Assembly (NCBI GenBank): GCA_038215615.1
Contig: JBBQQR010000001.1
Coordinates: 128,001 to 192,000, forward strand
DNA length: 64,000 nucleotides
DNA from: Vulcanimicrobiales bacterium
GTDB lineage: Bacteria; Vulcanimicrobiota; Vulcanimicrobiia; Vulcanimicrobiales; Vulcanimicrobiaceae
Direction of reading: 5' to 3'
Part shown: positions 1 to 10,031 of the stretch, piece after piece
How the letters are laid out: every line of letters begins with the position of its first letter
How positions within the stretch are numbered: the first letter of the stretch is position 1
Made by a program: the position numbers and the translations under genes
Notes under the pieces: generated by a model
What the model saw: only the letters and a program-made list of their open reading frames with translations
What the model was told of the DNA's origin: nothing
Databases searched by the model: none

Positions 1-1323
1 GCAAACCTCGTTACGGTGAAGCCGGGCGACCGCGTGCGTTACGGATCCATCGAGACCGAGTTCGTGCACATCAATCACTCGGTTTCGGGCGCATGCGCGC
101 TGGCGCTGCGCACGGAAACGGGCACAGTGTTTCACACGGGCGACTTCAAGTTCGATCAAACGCCGATCGACGGAAGGCCGGCGGATTTCGCGTCGATCGC
201 GCGCATCGGCGACGAAGGCGTGCTCTGCATGCTTTCCGACAGCACCAACGCCGAGCGTCCGGGGCACACGCTTTCGGAACGAATCGTCGGTGAAGCGTTT
301 ACCAACGTCTTCTCACACGCCAAGGGACGAATCATCGTCGCGTCGTTTGCGTCCAACGTACCGCGCATCCAGCAAGTGATCGATCACGCGATTACGTTCG
401 ACCGCAAGATTGCTTTTCTGGGACGGTCGCTTACCAACGTCGTACACTTTGCATCCGAGCTCGGGTATCTCAAAGTGCCGGCCGACCGCACGATGCGCGT
501 TGAAGAGATCGAGGAGCTTCCGCCCGAGAAGGTCGTCGTGATGACGACCGGTTCGCAAGGCGAACCGATGAGCGGGCTCACGCGGATGTCAGTGCGCGAT
601 AACCCGCGGCTGAAGATCGTGCCGGGCGATACGGTCGTCATCAGTGCCACGCCCATCCCGGGCAACGAAAAAGGCGTCTATAAAACCATTGACAATTTGT
701 ACCGTCTCGGTGCGACCGTCGTACACGGCACCGATGGGCGCTCGCACGTTTCGGGGCATGGGTCGCAAGAAGAGTTGCTGCTGATGCTCAACCTGGTCCG
801 TCCGGAATTTTTCGTTCCGGTGCACGGTGAGTACCGGATGCTCGTGCAGCATGGCAAGCTCGCACAGCGCACCGGCGTAGATGCGCGCAGCGTCTTCGTT
901 GTGGAGAACGGCGACGTGCTCGAGTTTACCAAAGACTACGGCGACAAAATCGGCAAGACGTACGGCGGACACGTCTTCGTTGATGGCTCGGGTGTTGGCG
1001 ACGTCGGCGAAGCGGTCTTGCGCGATCGCCGTTTGCTGGCGGCCGACGGCTTCATGATGGTCGTCGTCGCGATCGACAGCGAAGAAGGGCGGGTCATCAC
1101 CGGCCCCGACATCATCTCGCGAGGCGTTTTTTACATGCCCGACGCAGGCGGCGTGATGGAAGAGCTCCGTGTCGAGCTGACGGATCTCATTCAGAAAGTT
1201 TCACTCGAAGGAATTCGCGACGTGAACACGGTCAAAGAGCACATACGCGAGGGGTTGGCAAAGGCCATCATGACGCGTTACAAACGGCGTCCGGTTATCG
1301 TCCCGGTCGTCATGGAGGTATGA
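1..1323 (+). CDS. rnj: Ribonuclease J (5' end outside the window)
   Basis: Metallo-beta-lactamase/beta-CASP motifs HTGDFKFD, SDSTNAE, TGSQGEPM, HVSGHG and PVHGEYR; the frame is open from base 1. Confidence 0.95.
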   Translation, partial: ANLVTVKPGDRVRYGSIETEFVHINHSVSGACALALRTETGTVFHTGDFKFDQTPIDGRPADFASIARIGDEGVLCMLSDSTNAERPGHTLSERIVGEAFTNVFSHAKGRIIVASFASNVPRIQQVIDHAITFDRKIAFLGRSLTNVVHFASELGYLKVPADRTMRVEEIEELPPEKVVVMTTGSQGEPMSGLTRMSVRDNPRLKIVPGDTVVISATPIPGNEKGVYKTIDNLYRLGATVVHGTDGRSHVSGHGSQEELLLMLNLVRPEFFVPVHGEYRMLVQHGKLAQRTGVDARSVFVVENGDVLEFTKDYGDKIGKTYGGHVFVDGSGVGDVGEAVLRDRRLLAADGFMMVVVAIDSEEGRVITGPDIISRGVFYMPDAGGVMEELRVELTDLIQKVSLEGIRDVNTVKEHIREGLAKAIMTRYKRRPVIVPVVMEV

Positions 1324-1329
1324 CTCGCT

Positions 1330-1650
1330 TTGAAGACGCGCAAACAATTTATCGCCGTGGCGGCCGCCGGTGCCGGCGCGCTGCTGGCAGCGCCCGCGGG
1401 CGCGCAGACGACGCCGATGCCTGCCCCTACGGCCACGCCCGCGCCCGCGCCTAAGAAGGCGTCCGACGCCGCGACCGCGCTGGCGGCGCGCATGCGCACG
1501 TTCGATCCGAAACTGACCGACGAAGAACTCGCCACGATCGCCGAAGGTATCGACGGCAATCTCCAAATCGGACGCGGACTCAATCCCAAGGGAACCGCGA
1601 TTCCGAATTCAATCGAACCGGCGACGTCCTTTAAGGTGGTCCCGTCATGA
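1330..1650 (+). CDS. Small protein with Tat-like signal peptide, probable amidase partner subunit
   Basis: TRKQF followed by a hydrophobic stretch and AGA cleavage site, a Pro/Thr/Ala linker and a C-terminal EPATSF; ATGA overlap with the amidase start. Confidence 0.7.
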   Translation: MKTRKQFIAVAAAGAGALLAAPAGAQTTPMPAPTATPAPAPKKASDAATALAARMRTFDPKLTDEELATIAEGIDGNLQIGRGLNPKGTAIPNSIEPATSFKVVPS

Positions 1651-3050
1651 CCGAAGAGCAGCTGGCGTTTTCCGACGCAACGACACTGGGCTCGCTTATC
1701 GCCGCCAAGAAAGTCTCGTCGGTCGAATTGACCAAAATGTATCTCGCACGTTTGGAAAAATACGGGAGCACGTACGGCGCCGTCGTGACGATCATGAATG
1801 AACGCGCGCTGCGCGAGGCGCGCGGCGCCGACGCCGAGCTCGCAGCCGGAAAATCTCGCGGCCCGTTGCACGGAGTTCCGTACGGCGTCAAGGATTTGCT
1901 CGCCGCCGTCGGTGCGCCGACGACGTGGGGTGCCGCGCCTTACCGCAATCAAGTTTTCAACTACGACGGCACGGTAGTGCAAAAATTGCGCGCGGCTGGC
2001 GGCGTGCTGCTCGCGAAACTTGCGATGGTGGAACTGGCCGGTGGTTTCGGTTACGACGATGCCGATGCATCGTTCACCGGTCCGGGCAGAACGCCGTGGA
2101 ACCGTGACTACTGGAGCGGCGGATCGTCAAGCGGACCGGGTGCGTCCGTCGCCGCAGGTTTGGTCGGTTTTGCGATCGGATCGGAAACGAACGGTTCGAT
2201 TATGGCACCGGCCGCGTATTGCGGCGTCACCGGATTGCGTCCGACCTACGGTCGTGTGAGTCGTCACGGCGCGATGGCGTTGATGTGGACCTCCGACAAG
2301 CTCGGCCCGATGTGCCGCTCGGCACGCGACGCCGAACTCGTGCTGTGGGCCATCGCAGGACACGATCCCGCGGATCGCACGTCGCTCAACGCGCCGTTTC
2401 CGAAAGTCCGCGGCCGCAAACCAAAAATCGGTGTATTGGCGCGTTCGACCGAACGCATCATGCCGGCGGTTGCGAGCAACTTTATGGCGTCGCTGGATGT
2501 GTTGCGTGAGTTCGCGGACGTGGTCACCAATGTTGCGTTGCCGCGTGGTAATTACGGGTCGACGTTTGAGGCGATTTTCAACGGCGAGTGCGCTTCGGCG
2601 TTTCGCGATTTGATCGAAAGCGGAAAGGCTCGCGAGCTGCAATCTACCGACGATCGCCTGGGCGGCTATCAAGTCTACAATGCGCTCGCTGTGGATTACG
2701 TTGACGGCATGCGCAGGCGCACGATGCTCAACGAAGCGCTAGCGAAAGCCTTCGCCGGGTACGACGCGATCGTGCACCCGACGAGGTCGACGGTTTCCTA
2801 TCCGGTCGGCATTAAATTCGATAAGGCTTACCCATCGAAATACAATGGCGTGACGGGGTTGGGAAGTCCCGGAAACTTAGCGGGCCTGCCGGAGATTAGC
2901 GTTCCCAACGGCTTCGGCGATCATAATTTGCCGACGGGACTCGCGATGATGGGTCGGGCGTGGGGCGAGATGCAGATCACCCAGATCGCTAAGGCGTACC
3001 AATCTCGCACGAAATTCCACACGATGCATCCGAAGCTCGTCGTCGTCTAA
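1647..3050 (+). CDS. Amidase-signature family enzyme
   Basis: GPLHGVPYGVKD, GGSSSG, GSETNGSI and GLRPTYGRVSRHG motifs (Ser-cisSer-Lys triad). Confidence 0.92.
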   Translation: MTEEQLAFSDATTLGSLIAAKKVSSVELTKMYLARLEKYGSTYGAVVTIMNERALREARGADAELAAGKSRGPLHGVPYGVKDLLAAVGAPTTWGAAPYRNQVFNYDGTVVQKLRAAGGVLLAKLAMVELAGGFGYDDADASFTGPGRTPWNRDYWSGGSSSGPGASVAAGLVGFAIGSETNGSIMAPAAYCGVTGLRPTYGRVSRHGAMALMWTSDKLGPMCRSARDAELVLWAIAGHDPADRTSLNAPFPKVRGRKPKIGVLARSTERIMPAVASNFMASLDVLREFADVVTNVALPRGNYGSTFEAIFNGECASAFRDLIESGKARELQSTDDRLGGYQVYNALAVDYVDGMRRRTMLNEALAKAFAGYDAIVHPTRSTVSYPVGIKFDKAYPSKYNGVTGLGSPGNLAGLPEISVPNGFGDHNLPTGLAMMGRAWGEMQITQIAKAYQSRTKFHTMHPKLVVV

Positions 3051-3068
3051 CTTGCGCCCCGTGCTGCG

Positions 3069-3950
3069 ATGGACGTAAGTTTAGCGGCAGCTACGGAACA
3101 GATCGCGCCGGGGCGCGGATATTTCGACGACGTTTGGCGGCGGCTGCTCAAATCGCCGGGGGCACTGATCGGCCTCGGCTTGATTGCTGTCCTCGTTTTT
3201 ACAGCCGCATTTGCACCGCTGATCGCGCATACCGATCCGTTAGCGCAGAACCTCGCGCAACAGTCGCTGCATCCGAGCTGGACGCATCCTTTCGGCACGG
3301 ACAAACTCGGGCGCGATTTGTTTTCGCGCATCGTGTATGGTTCGCGGATTTCGATACGCATTGGGTTTCTCGCGGTCGGCATCGCGATCACGATCGGCAC
3401 GTTTTTCGGTGTCGCCGGCGGCTATCTGGGGAAGGCCACCGACAGCGCGATCATGGCCGTAATGGATCTGATGCTCGCGTTCCCATCGATTATTCTCGCG
3501 ATCGGCATTACCACCATCCTTGGGCCGAGCATCAACCATTTGATGATAGCGGTCGGCATCGTTTACATACCGCAGTATGCGCGGCTCGCGCGGTCGTCGG
3601 TTCTGGGCGTTAAGGAACTCGAATACGTCGAAGCGGCCAAAGCGCTGGGAGCTCGCGTGCCGCGCATCCTCTGGCGCCACGTCCTGCCGAATATTCTCGC
3701 GCCGCTGATCGTGCAGGCGATGCTGGGCATCGGCACGGCCGAATTGGAAGCGGCCGGGCTTTCCTATCTCGGCTTGGGGGCGCGTCCGCCGACGCCCGAG
3801 TGGGGCGCGATGCTCAACGATGCGCGCGACTACTGGCTCTCCGCGCCGTGGGCGCTGATTTTTCCGGGTGTCGCAATAACGCTGATGGTGCTCGGCTTCA
3901 ATCTTTTGGGAGACGGGCTCCGCGACGCGCTCGATCCTACGCAGCGGTAA
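3069..3950 (+). CDS. Peptide ABC transporter permease (DppC/OppC-like)
   Basis: HPFGTDKLGRD, EAA loop (EYVEAAKALGA) and C-terminal GDGLRDALDP. Confidence 0.92.
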   Translation: MDVSLAAATEQIAPGRGYFDDVWRRLLKSPGALIGLGLIAVLVFTAAFAPLIAHTDPLAQNLAQQSLHPSWTHPFGTDKLGRDLFSRIVYGSRISIRIGFLAVGIAITIGTFFGVAGGYLGKATDSAIMAVMDLMLAFPSIILAIGITTILGPSINHLMIAVGIVYIPQYARLARSSVLGVKELEYVEAAKALGARVPRILWRHVLPNILAPLIVQAMLGIGTAELEAAGLSYLGLGARPPTPEWGAMLNDARDYWLSAPWALIFPGVAITLMVLGFNLLGDGLRDALDPTQR

Positions 3951-3953
3951 TCC

Positions 3954-4790
3954 ATGGCGATCGTCTTAGGACTGCTCGCAGCTATTTTTTACGGCTCCGC
4001 GGACTTTTGCGGCGGCTTCGCGACGCGCCGCAGCCCGATGTTCGCGGTAACGGTCATTTCGCAGGCCGTCGGCCTCGGGCTGATCCTGATCGCGCTGCCG
4101 TTCTTTCCTTCGCATCCAACATGGTGGGCTCTGGAGGCAGGCTTCATTGCCGGCATGTGCGGCGGCCTGGGTTTACTGCTGCTCTATCACGCGCTTTCGA
4201 TCGGGAAGATGGGCGTCGTTTCGCCCATTACCGCAGTGCTTGCCGCGCTTACGCCCGTCATCGTCGGCGCCGTTCGCGGCGAGCACTTGGGGAATTTCAA
4301 ATTGGCCGGCATCGGCGTAGCGCTGCTTGCGGTTATCCTTATTTCGCTATCCACCGAAGCGGACGGCAGGTTCGAGTTTTCTACTGCAGGCGTGAAAGAG
4401 GCGCTGGCATCGGGCGTCGTGCTGGGCGGTTTCTATACGTTTCTCGCGCTGGGCGGACAACAGAGCGGGCTCTATCCGATCGTCGCTGCGCGCATCGGCT
4501 CGATCGCGCTGCTGCTCGTTATCGCTATCGTCATGCGGAGGAGCATAGTCGTCGCGGCGCCGGCAGCGCTTGGCATTATCGCATTAGCCGGTGCGCTCGA
4601 TATGATGGCCAACGCGTTCTACGTGCTCGCGGCGTACGCAGGCTATCTTTCGATCGCGGCCGTCCTCACATCGCTTTATCCCGCGAGCACGGTGTTTCTT
4701 GCGCGCATTGTGTTGGGCGAACGTCTTGGCGCGCTGCAGAAAACCGGCGTCGTTTTCGCGCTCGCCGGCGTGGCGCTGATTGCCAGCTAA
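3954..4790 (+). CDS. DMT/EamA family transporter
   Basis: About 10 hydrophobic segments in two repeats; SLYPASTVFLARIVLGERL. Confidence 0.85.
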   Translation: MAIVLGLLAAIFYGSADFCGGFATRRSPMFAVTVISQAVGLGLILIALPFFPSHPTWWALEAGFIAGMCGGLGLLLLYHALSIGKMGVVSPITAVLAALTPVIVGAVRGEHLGNFKLAGIGVALLAVILISLSTEADGRFEFSTAGVKEALASGVVLGGFYTFLALGGQQSGLYPIVAARIGSIALLLVIAIVMRRSIVVAAPAALGIIALAGALDMMANAFYVLAAYAGYLSIAAVLTSLYPASTVFLARIVLGERLGALQKTGVVFALAGVALIAS

Positions 4791-5863
4791 AGGCTCGACC
4801 ACACGTCGAGCTTGCGCTTGACGCGATCGATCACCGCGTCGGTAAAGTCCGTGGTTGAAGCGTGGCCGCCGAGGTCGCTGGTCGCGATGCCTTCGTGCAC
4901 GGCCTCAAGCGTTGACTCATAGATCGCTCGCGAGGCGTTCTGCGCGCGCTTGTCTTCCATATAAGAGAGCAGCGCGCCGCCGGCCAGGATCATGGCCATC
5001 GGGTTGGCGACGTTCTTGCCGAACAGGCGCGGCGCCGTGCCGTGCGGCGCTTCGGTCATAACGACGGTCGGCTTTAGTCCTTCGTCAAACGCAAGCAGCA
5101 CAGACTCCGCGCCGGCGATCGATCCGAAGAGTTGCATGACCAAATCGGAGAGGCAATCGCCGTCGCGATTGAGCGAAGGAATGACTAGCGGAATTTCGCC
5201 GTCCGTGCTAAGCAGAAGGGCGTACGTGGCATCGATTAGTTGCGGATCGTACGGAACATCGGGATGTCGCGCTGCGGCAGCGTCGAGTTCTTCTTTGAAC
5301 ATTCCCTCGTAAACGGGGCTGACGGTAAACTTCGGACCGCCGAAAACCTTCGCGTGCATGCGCGCCGCGTGAACGAACGCGTACTCGGCGACCACTTGGC
5401 AGACGCCGCGGTCGATCGATTCGGTGCGGTACGCGATTTCGCTTGAGCCCGCGCCCTCGCGCCATTCCTTTGCGCCGTAGGCGTCGCCCACGGCCATGCG
5501 TACGACCGAAATCGGCGCGTGGACGCCCGCGACGGGACGAATCCGCGGCAAGCGCCGCCCTGTGCGAACGATGACTTTCCCGCCGATCGCTTTGCGCAGA
5601 ATCGCGTTGGGCGATCCGACGTCGTCCTTTTCTTCGGGCGTAATTGTGGCCGCTTTCAGACCAAAATGTGCCCGCTTCATCGCGTCGGCGGCGTCTTGCA
5701 CCACAGCGTTGTTGGTTGCGCGCCGGTTTTCCAGCGAAAGATCGAACCGTTCCATGGTAAGGTCGACGTCGATGACCGAACGGTCGAGAACGCGCAGCGC
5801 TTCCGCCAGCAGCTCTTGACCGGTCTGGTCGCCTTCCAGAATCACGATGGTCGTCGGGCTCAA
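4787..5863 (-). CDS. Isocitrate/isopropylmalate dehydrogenase family enzyme
   Basis: EGDQTGQE, NRDGDCLSD and EAPHGTAP..GKNVANP motifs; TTG start at 5863 with an AGGAG SD upstream. Confidence 0.88.
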   Translation of the reverse strand: MSPTTIVILEGDQTGQELLAEALRVLDRSVIDVDLTMERFDLSLENRRATNNAVVQDAADAMKRAHFGLKAATITPEEKDDVGSPNAILRKAIGGKVIVRTGRRLPRIRPVAGVHAPISVVRMAVGDAYGAKEWREGAGSSEIAYRTESIDRGVCQVVAEYAFVHAARMHAKVFGGPKFTVSPVYEGMFKEELDAAAARHPDVPYDPQLIDATYALLLSTDGEIPLVIPSLNRDGDCLSDLVMQLFGSIAGAESVLLAFDEGLKPTVVMTEAPHGTAPRLFGKNVANPMAMILAGGALLSYMEDKRAQNASRAIYESTLEAVHEGIATSDLGGHASTTDFTDAVIDRVKRKLDVWSSL

Positions 5864-5898
5864 ATGAACTCCTATTAGAATGAAGAAGTAAGCGGTCC

Positions 5899-8211
5899 AT
5901 GGCACGCGTGCGCCGCCGGGCGGCGAAATCGCGATTGAATTACGAGATCGCGGGCATGGCAGCGATTGGCATCGCCGTTCTGCTGGCGGTCGCGCTGACT
6001 TTGGCGCCTGCGCATGCGGGGGCCGCCGGCGCCGTAACCGCGCGAGCGCTCCATTGGACCTTTGGATCAGCTGCCGGACTTTTCCCCGTTTTGATCGCGC
6101 TCTTCGGCGCGATCGTCTTCCTGGAGATCAACCTCCCTCGAATAATGGCGACGTTCGGCGTCGCGGCGCTGGGCTATTTCATCCTGATCGATACGTCGCT
6201 TGCGAAGCGCGGCGGGTTCGTCGGCACCGAGTTGTGGCGCGGGCTTTACGCGCTGCTCGGCCTTACCGGATCCCGCGTCGTCATCGGCTTGCTCGCTTTG
6301 TTGCTGGCCGTGTGGATCAGCGACGTCTCCGTCAAGAAGATCATCGGCTGGCTCGTGCTGGTATTTTCAAAAGTTCGCATGCCGAAAGTCCGTCTGGCTT
6401 TGCCCGAAGGCCACGAAACGCTGCGTGACGCGTTCGCTCTGCCGGCGGCCGATCCGAATCGCAAAAAGGAACGCGTAGTCGATATCGGCGCGGCTACCGC
6501 GCTGGTCGCAGTCGAGCCGCTCATGCCTACGGTCGCTCCGCCGCTGCCGGTCGATTACGAAGACGAAGAAGCTCTCGAAGATGACGCCGCCGAGGAAGAG
6601 GATGAGGAAGAGGAAGAGGCCGACGGCGATCCCGACATCGACGAAGAGGAAGGCGACCCTTCGACAGGCTCAGGGCAGGCTGACGACGGTGATGAGTACG
6701 ACGGCGATGAGGAGCTCGATGATGAGGAAGAGGTTGAGGGCGAGTACGAAGCTCCCACGGTAGCCGGCGGACCGCGCAACTACAAACTTCCCGATCTCTC
6801 GCTCTTCGATCCGCCACAGGCGCAAGTGGTGGATGACTCGACGCGGTCCGCTGTGCTCGAAGATACGCTCGCTTCGTTCGGCGTCGGCGCCAAAGTCGTC
6901 CACATCGAGCGCGGCCCTTCGGTTACGCGCTACGAACTCAAGCCCGACCGGGGCGTAAAAATTTCGAAGATCGCCAACCTTGCCGACGATCTCGCGCTGG
7001 CGCTGGCTGCGACGAGCGTCCGTATCGAAGCGCCGATTCCCGGCAAGTCGGCGGTCGGCATCGAGGTTCCAAACAAGACCGTTTCGATCGTTTCGATTCG
7101 CGAGATCCTGGAGGCGCTTCCGCAGCGCGGACAAGTTCCGCCCCTCTGGATGGCGCTCGGGAAGGACGTTCCGGGCCGCGCGGTCTTCGGCGATCTGTCG
7201 CGGATGCCGCACATGCTGATCGCGGGCGCCACCGGCTCCGGCAAGTCGGTCTGTCTAAATTCCGTGATCGCTTCGCTGCTCGTGAGCGCGACGCCGGATC
7301 AAGTGCAGATTTTGATGATCGATCCGAAGCGCGTTGAACTCGTGATGTACAACGGCATTCCGCATCTCATCAAAGACGTCATCACCGACCCGCGCATGGC
7401 GGCGGGCGCGCTTTTTGAGATGACCAAGGAAATGGACGCGCGGTACGAGCGCTTTGCCAAGGCCGGCGTGCGCAAGATCGAGGAGTACAACGCCAAGTAC
7501 CCCGACGAAAACTTGCCCTACGTGGTGATCGTGATCGACGAACTTGCCGATCTGATGCTGATTGCGCCGGCTCGCGTCGAGACCACCATCATGCGGCTCG
7601 CACAGCTGGCGCGCGCGACGGGTATACACTTGATCGTGGCAACGCAGCGCCCGTCGGTTGACGTCATCACCGGCCTCATCAAAGCCAATATTCCGTCGCG
7701 CATCGCCTTCGCGGTGACGTCACAAGTCGATTCGCGCACGATTCTCGATATGGTGGGCGCGGAGCGGCTCTTAGGACGCGGCGACATGCTCTATCTACCG
7801 ATCGACTCGCCCAAGCCCATCCGCGCGCAAGGCGCTTTCATTTCCGGCGGTGAGTTACAGCGGCTGATTCATTTCTGGACGAAGCAGTCGCGCCCGGAAA
7901 ATCTGCTCGACGTCGATATCCAGCCGATTGCCGACGAAGAGAAGAAAGAAGTCGACCCGCTATGCTTCGAAGCGGCCAAATTCATTATCGAAAGCAACTA
8001 CGCCTCGACCGCCGCGCTGCAGTCGCAATTTTCAATCGGGCATCCGCGCGCCGTGCGCGTCATGAAACAGCTCGAGGAACTGAAAGTCGTGGGTCCACAT
8101 GAAGGCACGAAACCGCGCCGCATTCTCTTCGGGCTCGACGATCTCGAGCGCGTCTCAGATCGTTTCGGGCGCGAGCGGGGGCAGCAAGATCTCTTTGCTG
8201 CCGGGTCTTGA
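5899..8211 (+). CDS. ftsK: DNA translocase FtsK/SpoIIIE
   Basis: N-terminal TM segments, acidic linker, Walker A GATGSGKS, IDELADLM, ATQRPSVDV and a C-terminal gamma domain. Confidence 0.95.
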   Translation: MARVRRRAAKSRLNYEIAGMAAIGIAVLLAVALTLAPAHAGAAGAVTARALHWTFGSAAGLFPVLIALFGAIVFLEINLPRIMATFGVAALGYFILIDTSLAKRGGFVGTELWRGLYALLGLTGSRVVIGLLALLLAVWISDVSVKKIIGWLVLVFSKVRMPKVRLALPEGHETLRDAFALPAADPNRKKERVVDIGAATALVAVEPLMPTVAPPLPVDYEDEEALEDDAAEEEDEEEEEADGDPDIDEEEGDPSTGSGQADDGDEYDGDEELDDEEEVEGEYEAPTVAGGPRNYKLPDLSLFDPPQAQVVDDSTRSAVLEDTLASFGVGAKVVHIERGPSVTRYELKPDRGVKISKIANLADDLALALAATSVRIEAPIPGKSAVGIEVPNKTVSIVSIREILEALPQRGQVPPLWMALGKDVPGRAVFGDLSRMPHMLIAGATGSGKSVCLNSVIASLLVSATPDQVQILMIDPKRVELVMYNGIPHLIKDVITDPRMAAGALFEMTKEMDARYERFAKAGVRKIEEYNAKYPDENLPYVVIVIDELADLMLIAPARVETTIMRLAQLARATGIHLIVATQRPSVDVITGLIKANIPSRIAFAVTSQVDSRTILDMVGAERLLGRGDMLYLPIDSPKPIRAQGAFISGGELQRLIHFWTKQSRPENLLDVDIQPIADEEKKEVDPLCFEAAKFIIESNYASTAALQSQFSIGHPRAVRVMKQLEELKVVGPHEGTKPRRILFGLDDLERVSDRFGRERGQQDLFAAGS
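6655..6681 (+). repeat. Short palindromic repeat element inserted in frame in ftsK (encodes DPSTGSGQA)
   Basis: GACCCTTCGACAGGCTCAGGGCAGGCT with CCCT/AGGG arms interrupts an Asp/Glu-rich tract; resembles the CTTCGAC..GCTCAGG repeat family as recalled, not searched. Confidence 0.65.
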
Positions 8212-8846
8212 ATCCGATGACGCAGCGTAGACACGCCGTCGGCCACGTCGTCTTTGCGTGCATTCTGCTCGCGGCGTTTTTTTGGCTCGGCTTTTTCGTT
8301 ACAAAACATGGCGAACCGCATGCGTTAAATGCTTTTGCGTTGCAACTGCGCGGCCACGGTACGGCAATTGCATGGAGGTTTACAGAGATGGGATGGGGCT
8401 ACGTGCTCGGCCCTCTCTATATCGCGCTTATCGCGCTGGCGATCTTCCGGCCCGAATGGCGTATGCGCGCACTCTTTGCCATCGCGATAGCGCTTATATG
8501 CTGGGGCGCGGCAACGGGTTTCCAGCATTTCTTCGCCCGGCCGCGACGGTTGGATTGGCTCATACGCCATGAAACGGCGGGATCATATCCGAGCAGCCAT
8601 GCCGCCGTTTCGACCGGATTTTATTTCCTTTGCGGCTTGTTGGCATTGCGTTCGAACCTGGCAGCGTGGCTGCGCTACACGCTGTTTGCTGTACTGACTT
8701 TTGTCACATTGGCGATCATCTGGTCACGTATCGAACTTGCTGCGCACAACATCACCGACGTCATCGGCGGCGTGATGCTTGCTTTGGTGATCATCGCGCT
8801 TGGTGCGGCCGTCGCCGAATTTACGGGAAGGCCGGTTGTAAGCTAA
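8208..8846 (+). CDS. PAP2 family membrane phosphatase
   Basis: RPR, YPSSHA and SRIELAAHNITDVIGG motifs plus TM helices. Confidence 0.88.
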   Translation: MNPMTQRRHAVGHVVFACILLAAFFWLGFFVTKHGEPHALNAFALQLRGHGTAIAWRFTEMGWGYVLGPLYIALIALAIFRPEWRMRALFAIAIALICWGAATGFQHFFARPRRLDWLIRHETAGSYPSSHAAVSTGFYFLCGLLALRSNLAAWLRYTLFAVLTFVTLAIIWSRIELAAHNITDVIGGVMLALVIIALGAAVAEFTGRPVVS

Positions 8847-8855
8847 CCAGGGGGG

Positions 8856-10031
8856 ATGCCGCCGACTCCGAAGCATCGGCACATGGCGGCGCACGTGACC
8901 GATCCGGCTCTCAAACCCATCGAACGCAAGGTCGAAGAAGGCATCCCGCTTTCACCGGAAGACGGGCTGAGGCTGTTTGGGACGCGTGACCTGCATTCGC
9001 TTGGACGCATGGCGCGCGCGCAAAAAGAGCGCAAGAGCGGAAAAAACGTTTACTATATCCTCAACCGCTACGTGAATTCCACCAATGTCTGCTATGCGGG
9101 CTGCAAGTTTTGTTCGTTTGCGGTCGATGAATTCAAGGAAACCGATCGCGTCGTGCGGATGGCCGCCGACCAAGTCATGTCAAAGGCGCTCGAGACCGGC
9201 ACGAACTTCAACCAAATCCACATCGTCGGCGGACACGATCCGCGCCAACTTTCGCTGGATTACTGGCTGCCTCTGATGCGCCGCTTTAAAGAGCAAGTGC
9301 CGCACGTACAGCTCTCGCTGTTCACTGCGGCCGAACTCGATTACATGGCCAAGCGCCACCGGATGAAATATCCCGAACTGATTGCGGCGCTAAAGTCGGC
9401 TGGGCTCGACAATGTCAACGGCGGCGGCGCGGAAATTTTTGCGCCTGAAACGCGCGCCAAAATTTGTCCGAACAAGGTCGGCACCGACAACTGGCTCGAG
9501 ATCCACGAAGAACTGCACCGCCAGGGCGTTGCTTCGAATGCGACGATGCTCTACGGACACATCGAGTCGCTCGAGGATCGCGTCGATCACCTCATCAGAC
9601 TGCGCGAATCGCAGCGCCGCTCGCCCGGGTACAATGCATTTATTCCGCTGGCGTTTCATCCGGATGGAAACGAGCTCAACGACTGCGGCTGGACGACGGG
9701 CTTGGATGACTTGCGCATATTTGCGGTTTCGCGCTTGATGCTCGATAATTTCGATCACATCAAAGCGTACTGGATGATACAAGGTCTGAAGATCTGCCAA
9801 GTCGCCTTACACTTCGGGGCCGACGATATGGACGGCACGCACGGCAGCACCGACGAAGAGATGATCTATCACAGCGCGGGTACGCAGTCAGGGCAGTATG
9901 TCGACGATCGCGAGTTCCGGCGTTTAATAGAAGAAGCCGGCTACGTGCCGGTCCGCCGCAACAGCACCTACGATGAATTCCCGCACGATTGGACGCCTCC
10001 GCCGGCCACCCGCGAAGAAGTTTATGCTTAA
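8856..10031 (+). CDS. mqnE: Aminofutalosine synthase (CofH-like radical SAM)
   Basis: CYAGCKFC, GGGAEIF, NATMLYGHIE, FIPLAFHP and HIKAYW; adjacent to mqnA and mqnC. Confidence 0.88.
   Translation: MPPTPKHRHMAAHVTDPALKPIERKVEEGIPLSPEDGLRLFGTRDLHSLGRMARAQKERKSGKNVYYILNRYVNSTNVCYAGCKFCSFAVDEFKETDRVVRMAADQVMSKALETGTNFNQIHIVGGHDPRQLSLDYWLPLMRRFKEQVPHVQLSLFTAAELDYMAKRHRMKYPELIAALKSAGLDNVNGGGAEIFAPETRAKICPNKVGTDNWLEIHEELHRQGVASNATMLYGHIESLEDRVDHLIRLRESQRRSPGYNAFIPLAFHPDGNELNDCGWTTGLDDLRIFAVSRLMLDNFDHIKAYWMIQGLKICQVALHFGADDMDGTHGSTDEEMIYHSAGTQSGQYVDDREFRRLIEEAGYVPVRRNSTYDEFPHDWTPPPATREEVYA

Noticed and set aside
1647..3050. Annotation of the amidase as gatA
   Set aside because: No gatB is adjacent and the partner has an export signal; a generic amidase call is safer.
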